64,000 bases of DNA from an uncultured Acidaminobacter sp. GTDB taxonomy: Bacteria; Bacillota; Clostridia; Peptostreptococcales; Acidaminobacteraceae. Of this stretch, positions 11,023-22,792 are shown in pieces. The notes under the pieces are model-generated. The model worked only from the letters and a program-made list of their open reading frames with translations, did not search any database and was not told the DNA's origin. Position 1 is the first letter of the stretch. Each line of letters begins with the position of its first letter. The translations under genes and the position numbers were made by a program. Location of the stretch: assembly GCA_963678925.1 (NCBI GenBank), contig OY787533.1, positions 994,174 to 1,058,173 on the forward strand, written 5' to 3'.

Positions 11023-12543
11023 TCAGTTCACCAGTTTTGAAATATCATCCTTAATTCCATTTGAGCTGTGTGCAATGTGCTCAATATCTTCAATCATCCG
11101 TGACACACCGGCACTGACTTCTTCCGTTGTCGCGGAATACTGCTCAGCGACACTGGCCACACTGTCGAACCGGTCATGGGTATCTATTTTCAGGTTGTTG
11201 AGAATATGTGCATCTGCACTGGCCTCTATGAGCTTTTCAGCGGTTGATTTCAGGTAGTCAATGGTCTTGGCGATATTGCTGGTCGTTTCATCCACCGTAT
11301 CCATGGTTTGCGTGGACTGAACCTTGATTTTCTCAAGGGTTGTCTGGGCATTGTTGATTTGAACATCGATATTGGTAATGATGGTATTGATGCTTTGCGC
11401 ACTTTCTGAGGATTCCTCAGCCAGCTTTCGGATTTCTTCAGCTACGACAGCAAAGCCCTTGCCAGCCTCACCAGCCCGTGCCGATTCTATAGATGCGTTG
11501 AGGGCAAGCAGATTTGTCTGCCCTGCTATGGAGTCGATGTTTTGGATTGCAGCGATAATCTGTTTGAAATCGGTGAGCATGTTATCGATGATGCCTATGA
11601 TTTCACTATTGAGCTGGTCTGATGTTTCAATGGTATCCTGGAGGTTCTCCAGAGTCTTGGTGCTTTCTCGATTGAGTTCTTCACTTGCTGCAGCACCCTC
11701 TGACAAATAATTAAGGGTCTGTGCGATATTGTCGATCTTGTCTCCAAGGTCATTGAGCGTGCTCATGGAAGCGTTCAGGTTGGAAGTCTGATCAACCGCA
11801 CCCTGTGCAATTTCGTCAATGGCTTTCCCAATTTGCTCCGACACACTTACCAGTGAGCTTGTCGCATCGGACAAATCGATGAACTTCACTTCAGAATGCT
11901 GAATGCTGTCCTTCAAGAGTTCCGCGTTTGCACGCGCTTCTTCAGTCAGCTGTTCTGACTGGTTCAGGGACGCGTCGAGTTCATCGAAAATATCAATGAT
12001 GGATCTTCTGATAAATGAGGCAATCACAATAATGATCACCATTGCTACCGTTATAGTAATACGCACATTGATTGGAAGCATTCCAAGTTCCACCCTGCCG
12101 CCAAGCGTCAGAATTGAGGTTGGCGTGCGCCACATGGTGATGTAGAAGATCACCAGTGAAAAGAGGATATAGGCAACATAAGCCTTGTTGGAGTGCAGTA
12201 AAACAATAGGAATAAAGACCGTCATAAAAAGTGCAATAAGCAGCGGATTCGTTCCATATACAGGTGTGTAAACGAATGACACGCCTAGTAGGAAGAGGAA
12301 CGATAGAAAATTAATTTTAAAGTCAATGTTGGATTTAAGCCGAGAAGTGTACAGGACAATGGCGATGGTGATTACGGCAAAAATCATCGCGAATGTCGAT
12401 GAAGGATGCCACTCTCGTAAATTTACGGGCTTTAGAAAATGGCTGATCGGTACATAGATGAACATGAAGCTGAAAATAAACAGCGTTGCCTTTCGGAATG
12501 ACTTAAAGACATTTTCCTTTATTTTGAGCATTGACGTTGACAT
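11023..12543 (-). CDS. Methyl-accepting chemotaxis protein
   Basis: Multi-TM N-terminus. Signalling domain with the highly conserved [34 protein letters not shown]. Confidence 0.93.
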   Translation of the reverse strand: MSTSMLKIKENVFKSFRKATLFIFSFMFIYVPISHFLKPVNLREWHPSSTFAMIFAVITIAIVLYTSRLKSNIDFKINFLSFLFLLGVSFVYTPVYGTNPLLIALFMTVFIPIVLLHSNKAYVAYILFSLVIFYITMWRTPTSILTLGGRVELGMLPINVRITITVAMVIIIVIASFIRRSIIDIFDELDASLNQSEQLTEEARANAELLKDSIQHSEVKFIDLSDATSSLVSVSEQIGKAIDEIAQGAVDQTSNLNASMSTLNDLGDKIDNIAQTLNYLSEGAAASEELNRESTKTLENLQDTIETSDQLNSEIIGIIDNMLTDFKQIIAAIQNIDSIAGQTNLLALNASIESARAGEAGKGFAVVAEEIRKLAEESSESAQSINTIITNIDVQINNAQTTLEKIKVQSTQTMDTVDETTSNIAKTIDYLKSTAEKLIEASADAHILNNLKIDTHDRFDSVASVAEQYSATTEEVSAGVSRMIEDIEHIAHSSNGIKDDISKLVN

Positions 12544-12668
12544 GAAACCCCTCCTTTTGGATTATTTATACTCAATAAGTCCATTTCAAAACATGTTTAA
12601 TTTGTAATACGTACTTTTATAAATCTTAAGGTTCATCTCAGCAAAACAGAGACACCATAATGCGTACA

Positions 12669-12720
12669 TAAAAAATAAAAGCCTGTCAATCTCAACGCGG
12701 AATCGGTTGAACTGACAGGC
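12669..12720 (-). terminator. Intrinsic terminator at the end of the thiamine-related operon
   Basis: GCCTGTCA...TGACAGGC hairpin followed on the minus strand by TTTTATTTTTT. Confidence 0.65.
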
Positions 12721-12751
12721 TTCATATTTTTTGTTATATCAACGCTATGCT

Positions 12752-13009
12752 TTATAGACTGCATCCATTTGTCAGGCGTACATCAATGGCAAATTTGCAC
12801 TGTGCCGCCAGCACCCTGTACATTTCTGATATAAGTGCCTGAACATCCTCAAGGGGTCCCGAGACCACTGTTGACATGGGACCTACCTGAAAATAGAGAC
12901 CAGACGCTTCTATGACTCGGATTGCCGCTTCGATATCGGCAATGTAATCAGAGCTCTGCATGGGCGTCACTTTAATTTCAGCACTTACGCCTTGACCCAT
13001 TTCAGACAT
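12752..13009 (-). CDS. MTH1187/YkoF-family (thiamine-binding, UPF0045-like) small protein, second copy
   Basis: 85-aa ORF. VSAEIKVTPM...YIADIEAAIRVIEASGLYFQVGPMSTVVSG parallels the 16156 ORF. Overlaps the upstream methyltransferase by 25 nt. Confidence 0.6.
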   Translation of the reverse strand: MSEMGQGVSAEIKVTPMQSSDYIADIEAAIRVIEASGLYFQVGPMSTVVSGPLEDVQALISEMYRVLAAQCKFAIDVRLTNGCSL

Positions 13010-13629
13010 ATGAATCCACCCCTGTTCTTGCCCTCATAGATTGATTCATCCAGCACCTCCGCCCCCGGCGGTGTGAACAGGCACTCATCCTTAGCTGTTA
13101 GCATATCCGGATAAATGTCTTCAAAATCTGAAAATGTCTTCAGAAAGGCATGACTGAATACAGATTCTTTGAAAGCCTCAGACGTATAGAGTTCTCCCCA
13201 AGGTGAATCCAGGTGAATGGCACCAATAATAACAGTACCGCCTGGCTTTACAACACGCATGAGCTCAGCAATCGCCTTATCAGGATACTCAATGAACTCA
13301 AAGGCCGCCATGGAAATGACATTGTCGAAGGTGTTGTCTTCGAATTTCAAGTCGTAGACATCCATTTCATAAAAGGATACTTCAGGAACTTTATTTCTGG
13401 CAATATCCAGCATATTGGTTGATATGTCAATGCCCGTGACCTGATGGCCCTTATCCGTCAGCTTCCGTGAAAAATTTCCTGTTCCACAGCCCACATCAAG
13501 AAAATGGGACGCCTTCAAGGCATCAATCCATTTGAAGGCGCAGGCAGTCTCAACGTCATCGACATGCTTGCCAAGGGCTGTATCGTACCAGCTATCGTAT
13601 TCCTTTGCCGCTGCATCAAATACTATCAT
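12985..13629 (-). CDS. Class I SAM-dependent methyltransferase
   Basis: Motif I: LDVGCGTGNFSRKL. Post-I DIS. 214 aa. Confidence 0.8.
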   Translation of the reverse strand: MIVFDAAAKEYDSWYDTALGKHVDDVETACAFKWIDALKASHFLDVGCGTGNFSRKLTDKGHQVTGIDISTNMLDIARNKVPEVSFYEMDVYDLKFEDNTFDNVISMAAFEFIEYPDKAIAELMRVVKPGGTVIIGAIHLDSPWGELYTSEAFKESVFSHAFLKTFSDFEDIYPDMLTAKDECLFTPPGAEVLDESIYEGKNRGGFICLKWVKA

Positions 13630-14399
13630 AAAAATTTCTCCAGTAGGTATTCCTTAAGTGATGTAAACCTTTCGTCCTGAATCATGTGCCTGTTTCTTGG
13701 CCTTGGAAGGTCAACTTCAATCTCTTCCTTTATTTCAGAGGGCCTGTCCGTCATGATATAGACACGGTCTGACAAGTATATGGCCTCTTCGATATCGTGG
13801 GTAATGAAAAGGATGGTCGCTTTCAGCTCCCGCTGAACCTCCAAAAGCCAGTCCTGCATTTTCGCCTTGGTTATGGCGTCAAGACCGCCGAAAGGTTCAT
13901 CCAGTAGCAACAGGCTCTTGCCGTCCACATAGGTGCGCATAAGCGCCGCACGCTGACGCATGCCGCCCGAAAGCTGGAAGGGGTACTTGAACATGAACTC
14001 ATCAAGACCGAATATCTCAAAAAGGTCCTTGACTTCATTTCTAGCAGCCTTCTTTCCCATTCCCTTAAGACGAAGGGACAAGGACACATTGTCGATGATT
14101 TTCGCCCATGGCAGGAGCAGATCCTTCTGATACATATAGCTGGATCTTCCCAGGCGCTTGCCTTCACTATTTCCTTCAATGATGATTTCACCCCTGTCCG
14201 GTTCGACAAGACCCGAAATCATATTGAGCAGCGTGCTCTTCCCACAGCCCGACGGGCCGACGATAGAGACGAACTCGCCGTCTCCAACATGCAGTGACAC
14301 ATCGTGTACGGCATAGGTATCATCAAACCGCTTATTGATTTTTATGAGTTCCAGTTTTCTATTCTGGAATGAATTCGTTTGTAAATGCTTCACTAGCAT
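13626..14399 (-). CDS. ABC transporter ATP-binding protein (NitT/TauT-type; ThiZ-like)
   Basis: Walker A GPSGCGKST, signature LSGGMRQR, Walker B LLLLDEP. The start is uncertain because the ORF overlaps the upstream gene by 41 nt. Confidence 0.9.
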   Translation of the reverse strand: MLVKHLQTNSFQNRKLELIKINKRFDDTYAVHDVSLHVGDGEFVSIVGPSGCGKSTLLNMISGLVEPDRGEIIIEGNSEGKRLGRSSYMYQKDLLLPWAKIIDNVSLSLRLKGMGKKAARNEVKDLFEIFGLDEFMFKYPFQLSGGMRQRAALMRTYVDGKSLLLLDEPFGGLDAITKAKMQDWLLEVQRELKATILFITHDIEEAIYLSDRVYIMTDRPSEIKEEIEVDLPRPRNRHMIQDERFTSLKEYLLEKFL

Positions 14400-15420
14400 T
14401 CAGCTCACTCTCTAGCAGACCTTGTTCATACATCCAGCTTGAATAGTTGCTCCATTTTTCTTCAGTCATTTCGCCCCATCTGTCAGCACCCTTTGCGTAC
14501 TCGTCAGCAAGGTATTTTTGTGATGCCACAGCAATATCTCTGTCAATTTCCGGCGCTTCAGTCAAGAGTGCTTCAACCGCTTCTTCCGGGCTGCTGATTG
14601 CAAACTCGTAGCCTTTTGAAGTTGCTTGCATGAATGCCTTTACCAGCTCTGGGTCTTCGGCAATCAGGTTCTCATTTGCGATGATGACTGGTGTGTAGAA
14701 ATCAAGATTTTCTTCGAAATCCTGAAGCTTGATGAAGTTGATCGGCGCGTCCTTAAGCTCAGCAGCAACGCCATCCCATCCGTAGTAAATCCATGTGAAG
14801 TCTGCATGGTCCTTTGTAGCCGCAAAGAAATCAAGTGCGCCAAGGTCTACCATTTCAAGCTTTTCAAAATCCGCACCTTCATTGTCCATAAGACCTTTTA
14901 GAACAGCAACTTCAGCAGGTGAGCCCCAGCCGCCGTATCTTTTGCCTTCAAAATCCTTTGGCGTTTCAATGCCTTTTTCAACAGGGGATGCAAATCCAGA
15001 AGTGTTGTTTTGAATAATTGCCGCAATCGCCTTAATTGGAAGTGGTTCAGTAGCGGTTCTTGCATATGTAACTTCTTCCTGGTATGAAATACCGAATTCA
15101 CCTTGACCCGCAGCGATCAATGATGCCGTACCGCCTTCAGTAGGCTGGATGATTTCTACATCAAGACCCGCTTCTTCGTAGAATCCATTTGCCTTTGCAG
15201 CGTAGAGTCCTGTGTGGTTTGTGTTTGGAACCCAGTCCAGAACCACTGTAACCTTTGTCAGTTCCTTAGCAGGTTCAGCAGCTTCCTCACCTGCAGTTTC
15301 TGTTGCTTGTTCCTCTGTTGCTTCATTTGCAGCAGCTGGTTCCTCAGTAGCCTTTGGCTGACAGCCCATCATTGAAAATGCTGTCATAAATACCAGCAGC
15401 AGTGCCATTATCTTTTTCAT
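14359..15420 (-). CDS. ABC substrate-binding lipoprotein, NMT1/THI5-like (ThiY-like)
   Basis: Signal peptide with lipobox MMGC, low-complexity linker, then an NMT1-like binding domain (VVLDWVPNTNHTGLY). Confidence 0.8.
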   Translation of the reverse strand: MKKIMALLLVFMTAFSMMGCQPKATEEPAAANEATEEQATETAGEEAAEPAKELTKVTVVLDWVPNTNHTGLYAAKANGFYEEAGLDVEIIQPTEGGTASLIAAGQGEFGISYQEEVTYARTATEPLPIKAIAAIIQNNTSGFASPVEKGIETPKDFEGKRYGGWGSPAEVAVLKGLMDNEGADFEKLEMVDLGALDFFAATKDHADFTWIYYGWDGVAAELKDAPINFIKLQDFEENLDFYTPVIIANENLIAEDPELVKAFMQATSKGYEFAISSPEEAVEALLTEAPEIDRDIAVASQKYLADEYAKGADRWGEMTEEKWSNYSSWMYEQGLLESELNASEAFTNEFIPE

Positions 15421-16184
15421 TTTTTATCCTCCTTGGTCCAGGGCATGAGCACGCCCTGCAGTGCAACAATAAACTTAAATAATATGATGCTTAAGAAAAC
15501 AATTATCAAAATAGCCGCAAACATCTTATCAAAGGCAAATGAGTTCTTAACGCGCATCATGTACACGCCAAGCCCCTTTGAGCCGCCAAGCCATTCACCG
15601 ATAATCGCACCCATCACTGCATATGTCGCCGAAATACGTATTCCTGAAAACATGGCCGCAAGGGCATAAGGGATTTTAATATGGATAAATCTCTTAATGG
15701 GACCTGCACCCATGGATCTTGTCAGGTTTATCAAATCGCGGTCAACACCCTCAAGTCCGTCTGTCAGACTGATTACAATTGGAAATATGCAAACGAGTAT
15801 GACAATGACTACCTTGGGCATCATGCCAAAACCGAACCACATGGCAAACAGAGGTGCCAGTACGATAATTGGAATGGTCTGACTGATTACGAGTATGGGA
15901 TAAAAGCCTTTTTTGAAGAATGGAATCATATCCATTACAAGCGCCAGAATAATTGCCAGTGCAATTGCAGCCGTAAATCCGACTGCTGCTTCCTGAAGGG
16001 TAACGAGGGTATGCATCCACAAATTTGACCGGTCGGCGAACAGCTGCATGACCACCTTTGACGGCGGTGGCAATATGTAGGCCTCGACCACGCCAAAACG
16101 CGTTACCGACTCCCAAAGCAGGAGAAGCGCTCCAAGAAATACAGCAACAGGCAGTCTATCTGTATTTATAAACTTTTTCATCAA
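15417..16184 (-). CDS. ABC transporter permease (ThiX-like)
   Basis: 255-aa polytopic protein in the BPD_transp_1 style, translationally coupled to its neighbours. Confidence 0.85.
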   Translation of the reverse strand: MMKKFINTDRLPVAVFLGALLLLWESVTRFGVVEAYILPPPSKVVMQLFADRSNLWMHTLVTLQEAAVGFTAAIALAIILALVMDMIPFFKKGFYPILVISQTIPIIVLAPLFAMWFGFGMMPKVVIVILVCIFPIVISLTDGLEGVDRDLINLTRSMGAGPIKRFIHIKIPYALAAMFSGIRISATYAVMGAIIGEWLGGSKGLGVYMMRVKNSFAFDKMFAAILIIVFLSIILFKFIVALQGVLMPWTKEDKK

Positions 16185-16440
16185 TAGTCACTCCAGTAGG
16201 TTTGTAATCGATTTTTACCATGGAAACGACTCTTTCAGCACCTGCTTCAACACAGATGTCCTGAGCTTTCTTAACAATATCCAGCAGGGCATCGAGTTCA
16301 CCCTCCATTGTTGTTTCCATTGGTCCTACCTCATATTTTACACCTGTTGAAGCAATATACTCGATTACTTTATCTACAACCGGATATATTTCCTTTTCAG
16401 GCACTGAAGGTATGATTTGCAAGCTTACATTCGACTTCAT
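16156..16440 (-). CDS. MTH1187/YkoF-family thiamine-binding protein
   Basis: 94 aa. VSLQIIPSVPEKEIYPVVDKVIEYIASTGVKYEVGPMETTMEGELD. First gene after the TPP riboswitch. Confidence 0.75.
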   Translation of the reverse strand: MKSNVSLQIIPSVPEKEIYPVVDKVIEYIASTGVKYEVGPMETTMEGELDALLDIVKKAQDICVEAGAERVVSMVKIDYKPTGVTIDEKVYKYR

Positions 16441-16500
16441 ACTGCCTCCTTCCCGACTCTGCTTGTGCAGAAATCACTCCATAGAAATATCAACTTCCAC

Positions 16501-16537
16501 CAAAAAACATAAAACCCCACGCAAAATGCATGGGGTC
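16501..16537 (-). terminator. Riboswitch expression-platform terminator
   Basis: Minus strand: CCCCAUGC-AUUUU-GCGUGGGG followed by UUUUAUGUUUUUU. Confidence 0.75.
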
Positions 16538-16569
16538 TTTGATTGAATGGATTTGAGTTTTAAGCCAAA

Positions 16570-16649
16570 CACTTTCCTACGCCAGCATGATCCGGATCAG
16601 GTTCAAAGGGTCGTGACATGGTCACTCTCAGCAGATGCTCCCCTAGTGC
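16570..16649 (-). promoter_or_regulatory. TPP (THI-box) riboswitch
   Basis: Minus-strand RNA: GCACUAGGGGAGCAUCUGCUGAGAGUGACCAUGUCACGACCCUUUGAACCUGAUCCGGAUCAUGCUGGCGUAGGAAAGUG. It contains the conserved CUGAGA, ACCCUUUGAACCUGAUC and GGAU..AUGC..GCGUAGGAA blocks. Confidence 0.92.
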
Positions 16650-16745
16650 ATTTATTCAGTTTCCTTCATAAAAAGGTGCAGACTGACCGTCTGCACCTAA
16701 GAGTTTAACACGATTGATATTCTTTGTAAAGCTGATGAAAACAGC

Positions 16746-18398
<1,653 letters not shown>

Positions 18399-18494
18399 TT
18401 AAAGTATTCTTAAGTAAACGTTTATATTCATGTAAGTATGTTTTTACATATGGCACACGCACGGTCTGCCGTATGTCCTTTGCTCGAAGCCTAT

Positions 18495-18758
18495 TTATTC
18501 AATTACTGCCAGAAGCTTTGAGTCTTCTATAATAATGAGTTCTTCACCGTCGTATTTCACGTCAGTTCCTGAAAACTTCGGATAAATCACCCGGTCGCCC
18601 ACCTTAACCTGTATTTCCTCTTCTGGTCCTACAGCAACAACTTCAGCCACCTGTGGCTGCTCCTGAGCTTGACCAGGAAGAATAATACCGCTTGCTGTCT
18701 TATCTTCGGCTTCAACCTTCTTGATAACTACTCGATTTCCCAATGGTCTGATTGCCAT
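18495..18758 (-). CDS. groS: Co-chaperonin GroES
   Basis: 87 aa. MAIRPLGNRVVIKKVEAEDKTASGIILP. Confidence 0.98.
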   Translation of the reverse strand: MAIRPLGNRVVIKKVEAEDKTASGIILPGQAQEQPQVAEVVAVGPEEEIQVKVGDRVIYPKFSGTDVKYDGEELIIIEDSKLLAVIE

Positions 18759-18898
18759 CTTAAATTCCTCCTCATTTTCATTCAGTCTTTCATTGTCACT
18801 GGCATAATGGCCATTTCATATTGTAATAATTGCAGTCCAAGTCACCCGGACCGCTCTGTATTAATGATAATACAGTTGCATTGTAAATTCAAGCATTT

Positions 18899-18925
18899 TT
18901 AGCACTCATCAAAACCGAGTGCTAA
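18899..18925. promoter_or_regulatory. CIRCE operator (HrcA binding site) upstream of groES-groEL
   Basis: Perfect TTAGCACTC-N9-GAGTGCTAA. Confidence 0.95.
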
Positions 18926-19017
18926 TAAACTAAAAACAATGCTCAAACCTGCATATTTCAACAGGTCTGAGCATTTTCCATTTACTTCTATTGCATCTGT
19001 TAATAATTTTTTTACAA

Positions 19018-19383
19018 TTATTCATGACGGATATGGTCAAATCCCATATCGAGTATTCCGTCAATATGCTCATCATCAAGGGAATAGTACATGATTTTTC
19101 CATCACGTCTTGCCCGAACCAGTCTGGCCTGCTTCAGGACACGAAGCTGATGGGAAATTGCCGACTGGGTCATGTCCAGGGATACGGCGAGGTCACAAAC
19201 GCACATCTCATTGCCTCTCAGGACCGTAATGATTTTGATACGCGTCAAATCTCCCAGCACCTTGAACAGATTGGCAAGTTCGTTTAGCTCATTCTCGTTT
19301 TCTAGTCTTGAACGCACTGCATCTACAACTTCCTGATGGATAACATTGCAGTCGCACCTATACGTTCTCAAGTCATCAGACAT
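19018..19383 (-). CDS. ArsR/SmtB-family metalloregulatory transcriptional repressor
   Basis: LGDLTRIKIITVLRGNEMCVCDLAVSLDMTQSAISHQLRVLKQARLV, with a CVC metal-site motif and an N-terminal CDCNVIH. Confidence 0.9.
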   Translation of the reverse strand: MSDDLRTYRCDCNVIHQEVVDAVRSRLENENELNELANLFKVLGDLTRIKIITVLRGNEMCVCDLAVSLDMTQSAISHQLRVLKQARLVRARRDGKIMYYSLDDEHIDGILDMGFDHIRHE

Positions 19384-19422
19384 TGGTAAACCTCCGTCAT
19401 TTCTATCTTCAAATTCTATGAA

Positions 19423-20634
19423 TTAATTGTCAAATACTGCAGTCGTCCACTTGGCAGCCTCAATATAGGCATCGGGAAAAACATTGAGTCCCACATCATA
19501 TGCCTTTGCTTTCAGAAACAGGTAATCCCAGTTTCCCTTTTCGTAAGCGGTCACAATACGGAAGAGGTCTGAAAATGCATTTTTTTCTCCAAGTATGCCC
19601 GCTTTCACATCATCCTCTAGGGGAAGCACAGTCAGTGCGTTCTCCATGCTCTGACCCATAAGGGTATCGATCATGGAAAACATGCCCATGAGAAAGACCT
19701 CCGTCCTTCTGGACTCAAGATCAAATTGATTGGACAGGATTTCACCCATTCTGCCACGCAAAAGGGAAACGCGTATGATTTCATCGGGCTTTCCTTCAGC
19801 AAGTTCCCTGAGCATGACAATGGAAATCCATTTGCGTATTTCCTTGAAGCCCAGCATGACAAGGGCATGCTTGATGGAGGTCACCCTGCTGTTTGTATAA
19901 AACGCCGCACTGTTAATCAGTCGCAGGAGCTTATAAGACAAGGAGACATCGGCCTCAATGACGCTGGCAATACGCTCGTACTCGGGCACGTCCGAATCGA
20001 GCTCCTCCAGAATTTTTATATAGTTCAAACTGGCTGGCTTGATGTCGGTATGCTTCATGATAACGGGCTTTGAAAAGAAATAGCCCTGAAAATAGGCATA
20101 ACCATATGCCATGGCTTCTTCGAACTGTTCCAGTGTCTCAATTTTCTCAGCAAGGAAACGGATGTTTCGGTTTCCATACTTTTGAATGATCATTTTTCTT
20201 TCCTGCGGTGTTGTGAGTAAAAAGTCGACCTTGATAATGTCTGCCAGGTCCAAAATCGATTCATAGGGATAGTCCAGCACAAAGTCGTCCAGCGCAATGG
20301 TGTAGCCCTTTTCTTTCAGGCGCTTGCACGACGCGATAAACTCCGGGTCGGGAACGATGTCCTCCAGTATCTCTATGACCAGATTTTCATTTGAAAAAAC
20401 GGTTGGAATCTCATCAATAATGAGCTGCTTGGTAAAATTGATGAAAGCAAGACGATTTTGAGTCAGTGTTTCAAGACCTGCCAGCATCAGGGCATTACCG
20501 ACAACACTCGATGTTGCCTGATCCCCATCTATTACACCAGAAACATTTCTTTCACCGGTTCTGTAGAGAAGCTCATAGGCGTAAACGTTCTTTTTCTTAT
20601 CAAAAATGGGTTGACGTGCAATGAAAACTTCCAT
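19423..20634 (-). CDS. EAL plus HDOD domain protein (c-di-GMP phosphodiesterase-like)
   Basis: ORF 19423..20652, with start placed at MEVFIARQPIFDKKKNVYAYELLYR, typical of EAL-HDOD proteins. C-terminal HDOD-like region. Confidence 0.8.
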   Translation of the reverse strand: MEVFIARQPIFDKKKNVYAYELLYRTGERNVSGVIDGDQATSSVVGNALMLAGLETLTQNRLAFINFTKQLIIDEIPTVFSNENLVIEILEDIVPDPEFIASCKRLKEKGYTIALDDFVLDYPYESILDLADIIKVDFLLTTPQERKMIIQKYGNRNIRFLAEKIETLEQFEEAMAYGYAYFQGYFFSKPVIMKHTDIKPASLNYIKILEELDSDVPEYERIASVIEADVSLSYKLLRLINSAAFYTNSRVTSIKHALVMLGFKEIRKWISIVMLRELAEGKPDEIIRVSLLRGRMGEILSNQFDLESRRTEVFLMGMFSMIDTLMGQSMENALTVLPLEDDVKAGILGEKNAFSDLFRIVTAYEKGNWDYLFLKAKAYDVGLNVFPDAYIEAAKWTTAVFDN

Positions 20635-20663
20635 GTAGCCACCTCCGAACAACGTGTCGATAA

Positions 20664-21806
20664 TTAGCTCTTTACATATTTACCGACAGAATGATTGGGA
20701 ATTTCATATTGTACACCTTCAATTACTATGTTTTTTTCTTGCATCAGGTCTATTTCGATCATTTCTACGGTTGTAGCCAGCTGCTTGATTATTTTTATGA
20801 CTGGTCGCAGTGGGAAGTTCTCATAAAGATGCTCTACAATCCCAATTTCGCCGTTGGACAGCTTAACAAGCGTGCCCTTCGGATAAGGGGTGATGAGCTT
20901 GATAAAGCTTTTTACCAGTGGCCCGTCTAGCTGCCTATTAGCATGGCCAAGCAGAAACTCGATGGCCTCACTCGGTGGAAGTGCCGGTCTGTATGGCCTG
21001 TCTGATGTGAGGGCGTCGTATACATCTGCGATTGCAACAATCTTACTCAGCTGATGTATGTTGTCCTCAGTCAGTCCGTGAGGATATCCAGAACCGTCCA
21101 GCCACTCGTGGTGCTGAAGAACAATCATGCGCACGTGACTGTTGATATCGACATCATCCTTGAGGTGCTGATAGCCCATATAGGAGTGCTTTTCAATCTC
21201 TGCACGTTCCTCAGCTGTAAGCTCACCTGTCTTATTCAAAATCTCATCGGAGATGAAATTGTATCCGATATCATGGAAGAGGGCACCGACAGCAAGGTTC
21301 TCAAGATCATCCTCTGAAAGCCCTTGGTCCATACCCAGCAGCACGGAGAGCACCGCTACATTCACTGTATGCTGGTACAGATAATCTTCCATCTGTTTAA
21401 TGTCCTGAATATTGATGGTCAGGTTCTTTCTGTTGAGCAAGACGTCAATAATGCCAGACGCAGTCTGCTTGAGTCCACCCAAATACTCGTACCGCATTTC
21501 AGACAGCTTCCACTGCCCCATTTTTCCAGCATCGTATGCCTTGACGTAATCATCAAAGGCGTCATAGCTATCCTTAACGTTCTTAATCGATTCCACACGG
21601 GTTTTCGTATCGATCAGATCGTCTATGGTATCCGTACTGAATGCATCATTTATATATAAAGACTTGAATCCGAGCTGGGTCGCACGGTCCATCTTTGCAT
21701 TATCAAGTTCTATGCCCGCTCGCAGGAGTACTCTACCGTCTGCGCTGTATAGCGTTTTTGCCAGTTTTGTCCCCTCGGGAATCAAATTGATTGGAACAAT
21801 CCTCAT
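20664..21806 (-). CDS. HD-GYP domain protein (c-di-GMP phosphodiesterase)
   Basis: ALFHDIGY and HHEWLDGSGYPHGL motifs. Confidence 0.88.
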   Translation of the reverse strand: MRIVPINLIPEGTKLAKTLYSADGRVLLRAGIELDNAKMDRATQLGFKSLYINDAFSTDTIDDLIDTKTRVESIKNVKDSYDAFDDYVKAYDAGKMGQWKLSEMRYEYLGGLKQTASGIIDVLLNRKNLTINIQDIKQMEDYLYQHTVNVAVLSVLLGMDQGLSEDDLENLAVGALFHDIGYNFISDEILNKTGELTAEERAEIEKHSYMGYQHLKDDVDINSHVRMIVLQHHEWLDGSGYPHGLTEDNIHQLSKIVAIADVYDALTSDRPYRPALPPSEAIEFLLGHANRQLDGPLVKSFIKLITPYPKGTLVKLSNGEIGIVEHLYENFPLRPVIKIIKQLATTVEMIEIDLMQEKNIVIEGVQYEIPNHSVGKYVKS

Positions 21807-21847
21807 ATTTCTCGTCTCCCTATTTTAAATAGCACAATAAGAATATC

Positions 21848-22726
21848 TTAACCTTTTCCTTCTCTAATATAGTAAAACAGATATTGCTGTACATATCCAG
21901 CATAGTTTTTAAATTCACTATCGGCAAATTCAAGGATTTCCTTCTGTGATACGTTCTCACTCAAAAAATACTTAGATACCACTTTTTTTACCCAAGTATC
22001 TACAGGAAATGCGTGCATTTGATTAAATCCAAATAACAATATGCAATCGGCAACCTTCTTTCCAACGCCCATAAGACGCAGGAGTTCCTTCTCTGCCTCT
22101 TTTGGGGGCATTGTCAGAACCGATTCAATTTCTACATCACCTCGTGCAATCATTTGGGCACTGGCCTTGATGTACTTGTCTCTGTAGCCCACGCCACATT
22201 CGCGAAGTGCCTCAACAGAAGCTTCTGCAAGTACCTCTGGCTTTGGAAAAGCATAGCACAGCTGACCGTCAGGACCTTCAAAGGACTCTCCGTATCGCTC
22301 CGAGATTTTCTCAATGGCGTTTTGTATTCTTGGAATGTTGTTGTTTGCCGAAATGATAAAGGAAATGATTATTTCCCACGGGTCCTGTTTCAAGATGCGA
22401 ATGCCATATCCATACTCCGCAGCATCTTTCAGAACCTCGTATTTTACAGATATTATATCCTTAATATATGAATAATCTGTTTCCAGATCAAAATAATGCT
22501 TCCATATGCGTTCAAATTCCACTTGTGTACATGGGGACAGCGTTACCGTGTCCTCACTTTGTTCAACACGCAGAAACTTTCCAAAGGCAATGCCTTCATA
22601 GACCATATCGTCAACTTTTCTAAATCGAAAGGCCTGTCCGCAATCAAAAATCTGACCTACATTGAAGTCCTTGACGTCAGTTAATACAAGACTTTTATCC
22701 TGTTCTCGAACCTTCATGTGTCTCAC
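21848..22726 (-). CDS. 8-oxoguanine DNA glycosylase (Ogg, HhH-GPD family)
   Basis: 292 aa. Has an OGG_N-like N-terminus and the HhH-GPD motif LMGVGKKVADCILLFGF ... FPVDTWV. Confidence 0.85.
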   Translation of the reverse strand: MRHMKVREQDKSLVLTDVKDFNVGQIFDCGQAFRFRKVDDMVYEGIAFGKFLRVEQSEDTVTLSPCTQVEFERIWKHYFDLETDYSYIKDIISVKYEVLKDAAEYGYGIRILKQDPWEIIISFIISANNNIPRIQNAIEKISERYGESFEGPDGQLCYAFPKPEVLAEASVEALRECGVGYRDKYIKASAQMIARGDVEIESVLTMPPKEAEKELLRLMGVGKKVADCILLFGFNQMHAFPVDTWVKKVVSKYFLSENVSQKEILEFADSEFKNYAGYVQQYLFYYIREGKG

Positions 22727-22792
22727 CTCTACAATCTACACCTCTATTGTATCATTTATCTGGTTTTTTGGCTTGGGGAAATGCGCGGGGAT

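Noticed and set aside
12752-13009. The second MTH1187-like ORF read as a truncated pseudogene.
   Set aside because: At 85 aa it is only slightly shorter than the family norm and keeps the conserved core (..EI.V.P....YIA..I..I..SGL.Y.VGPM.T...G). The 25-nt overlap with the upstream gene is compatible with coupling.
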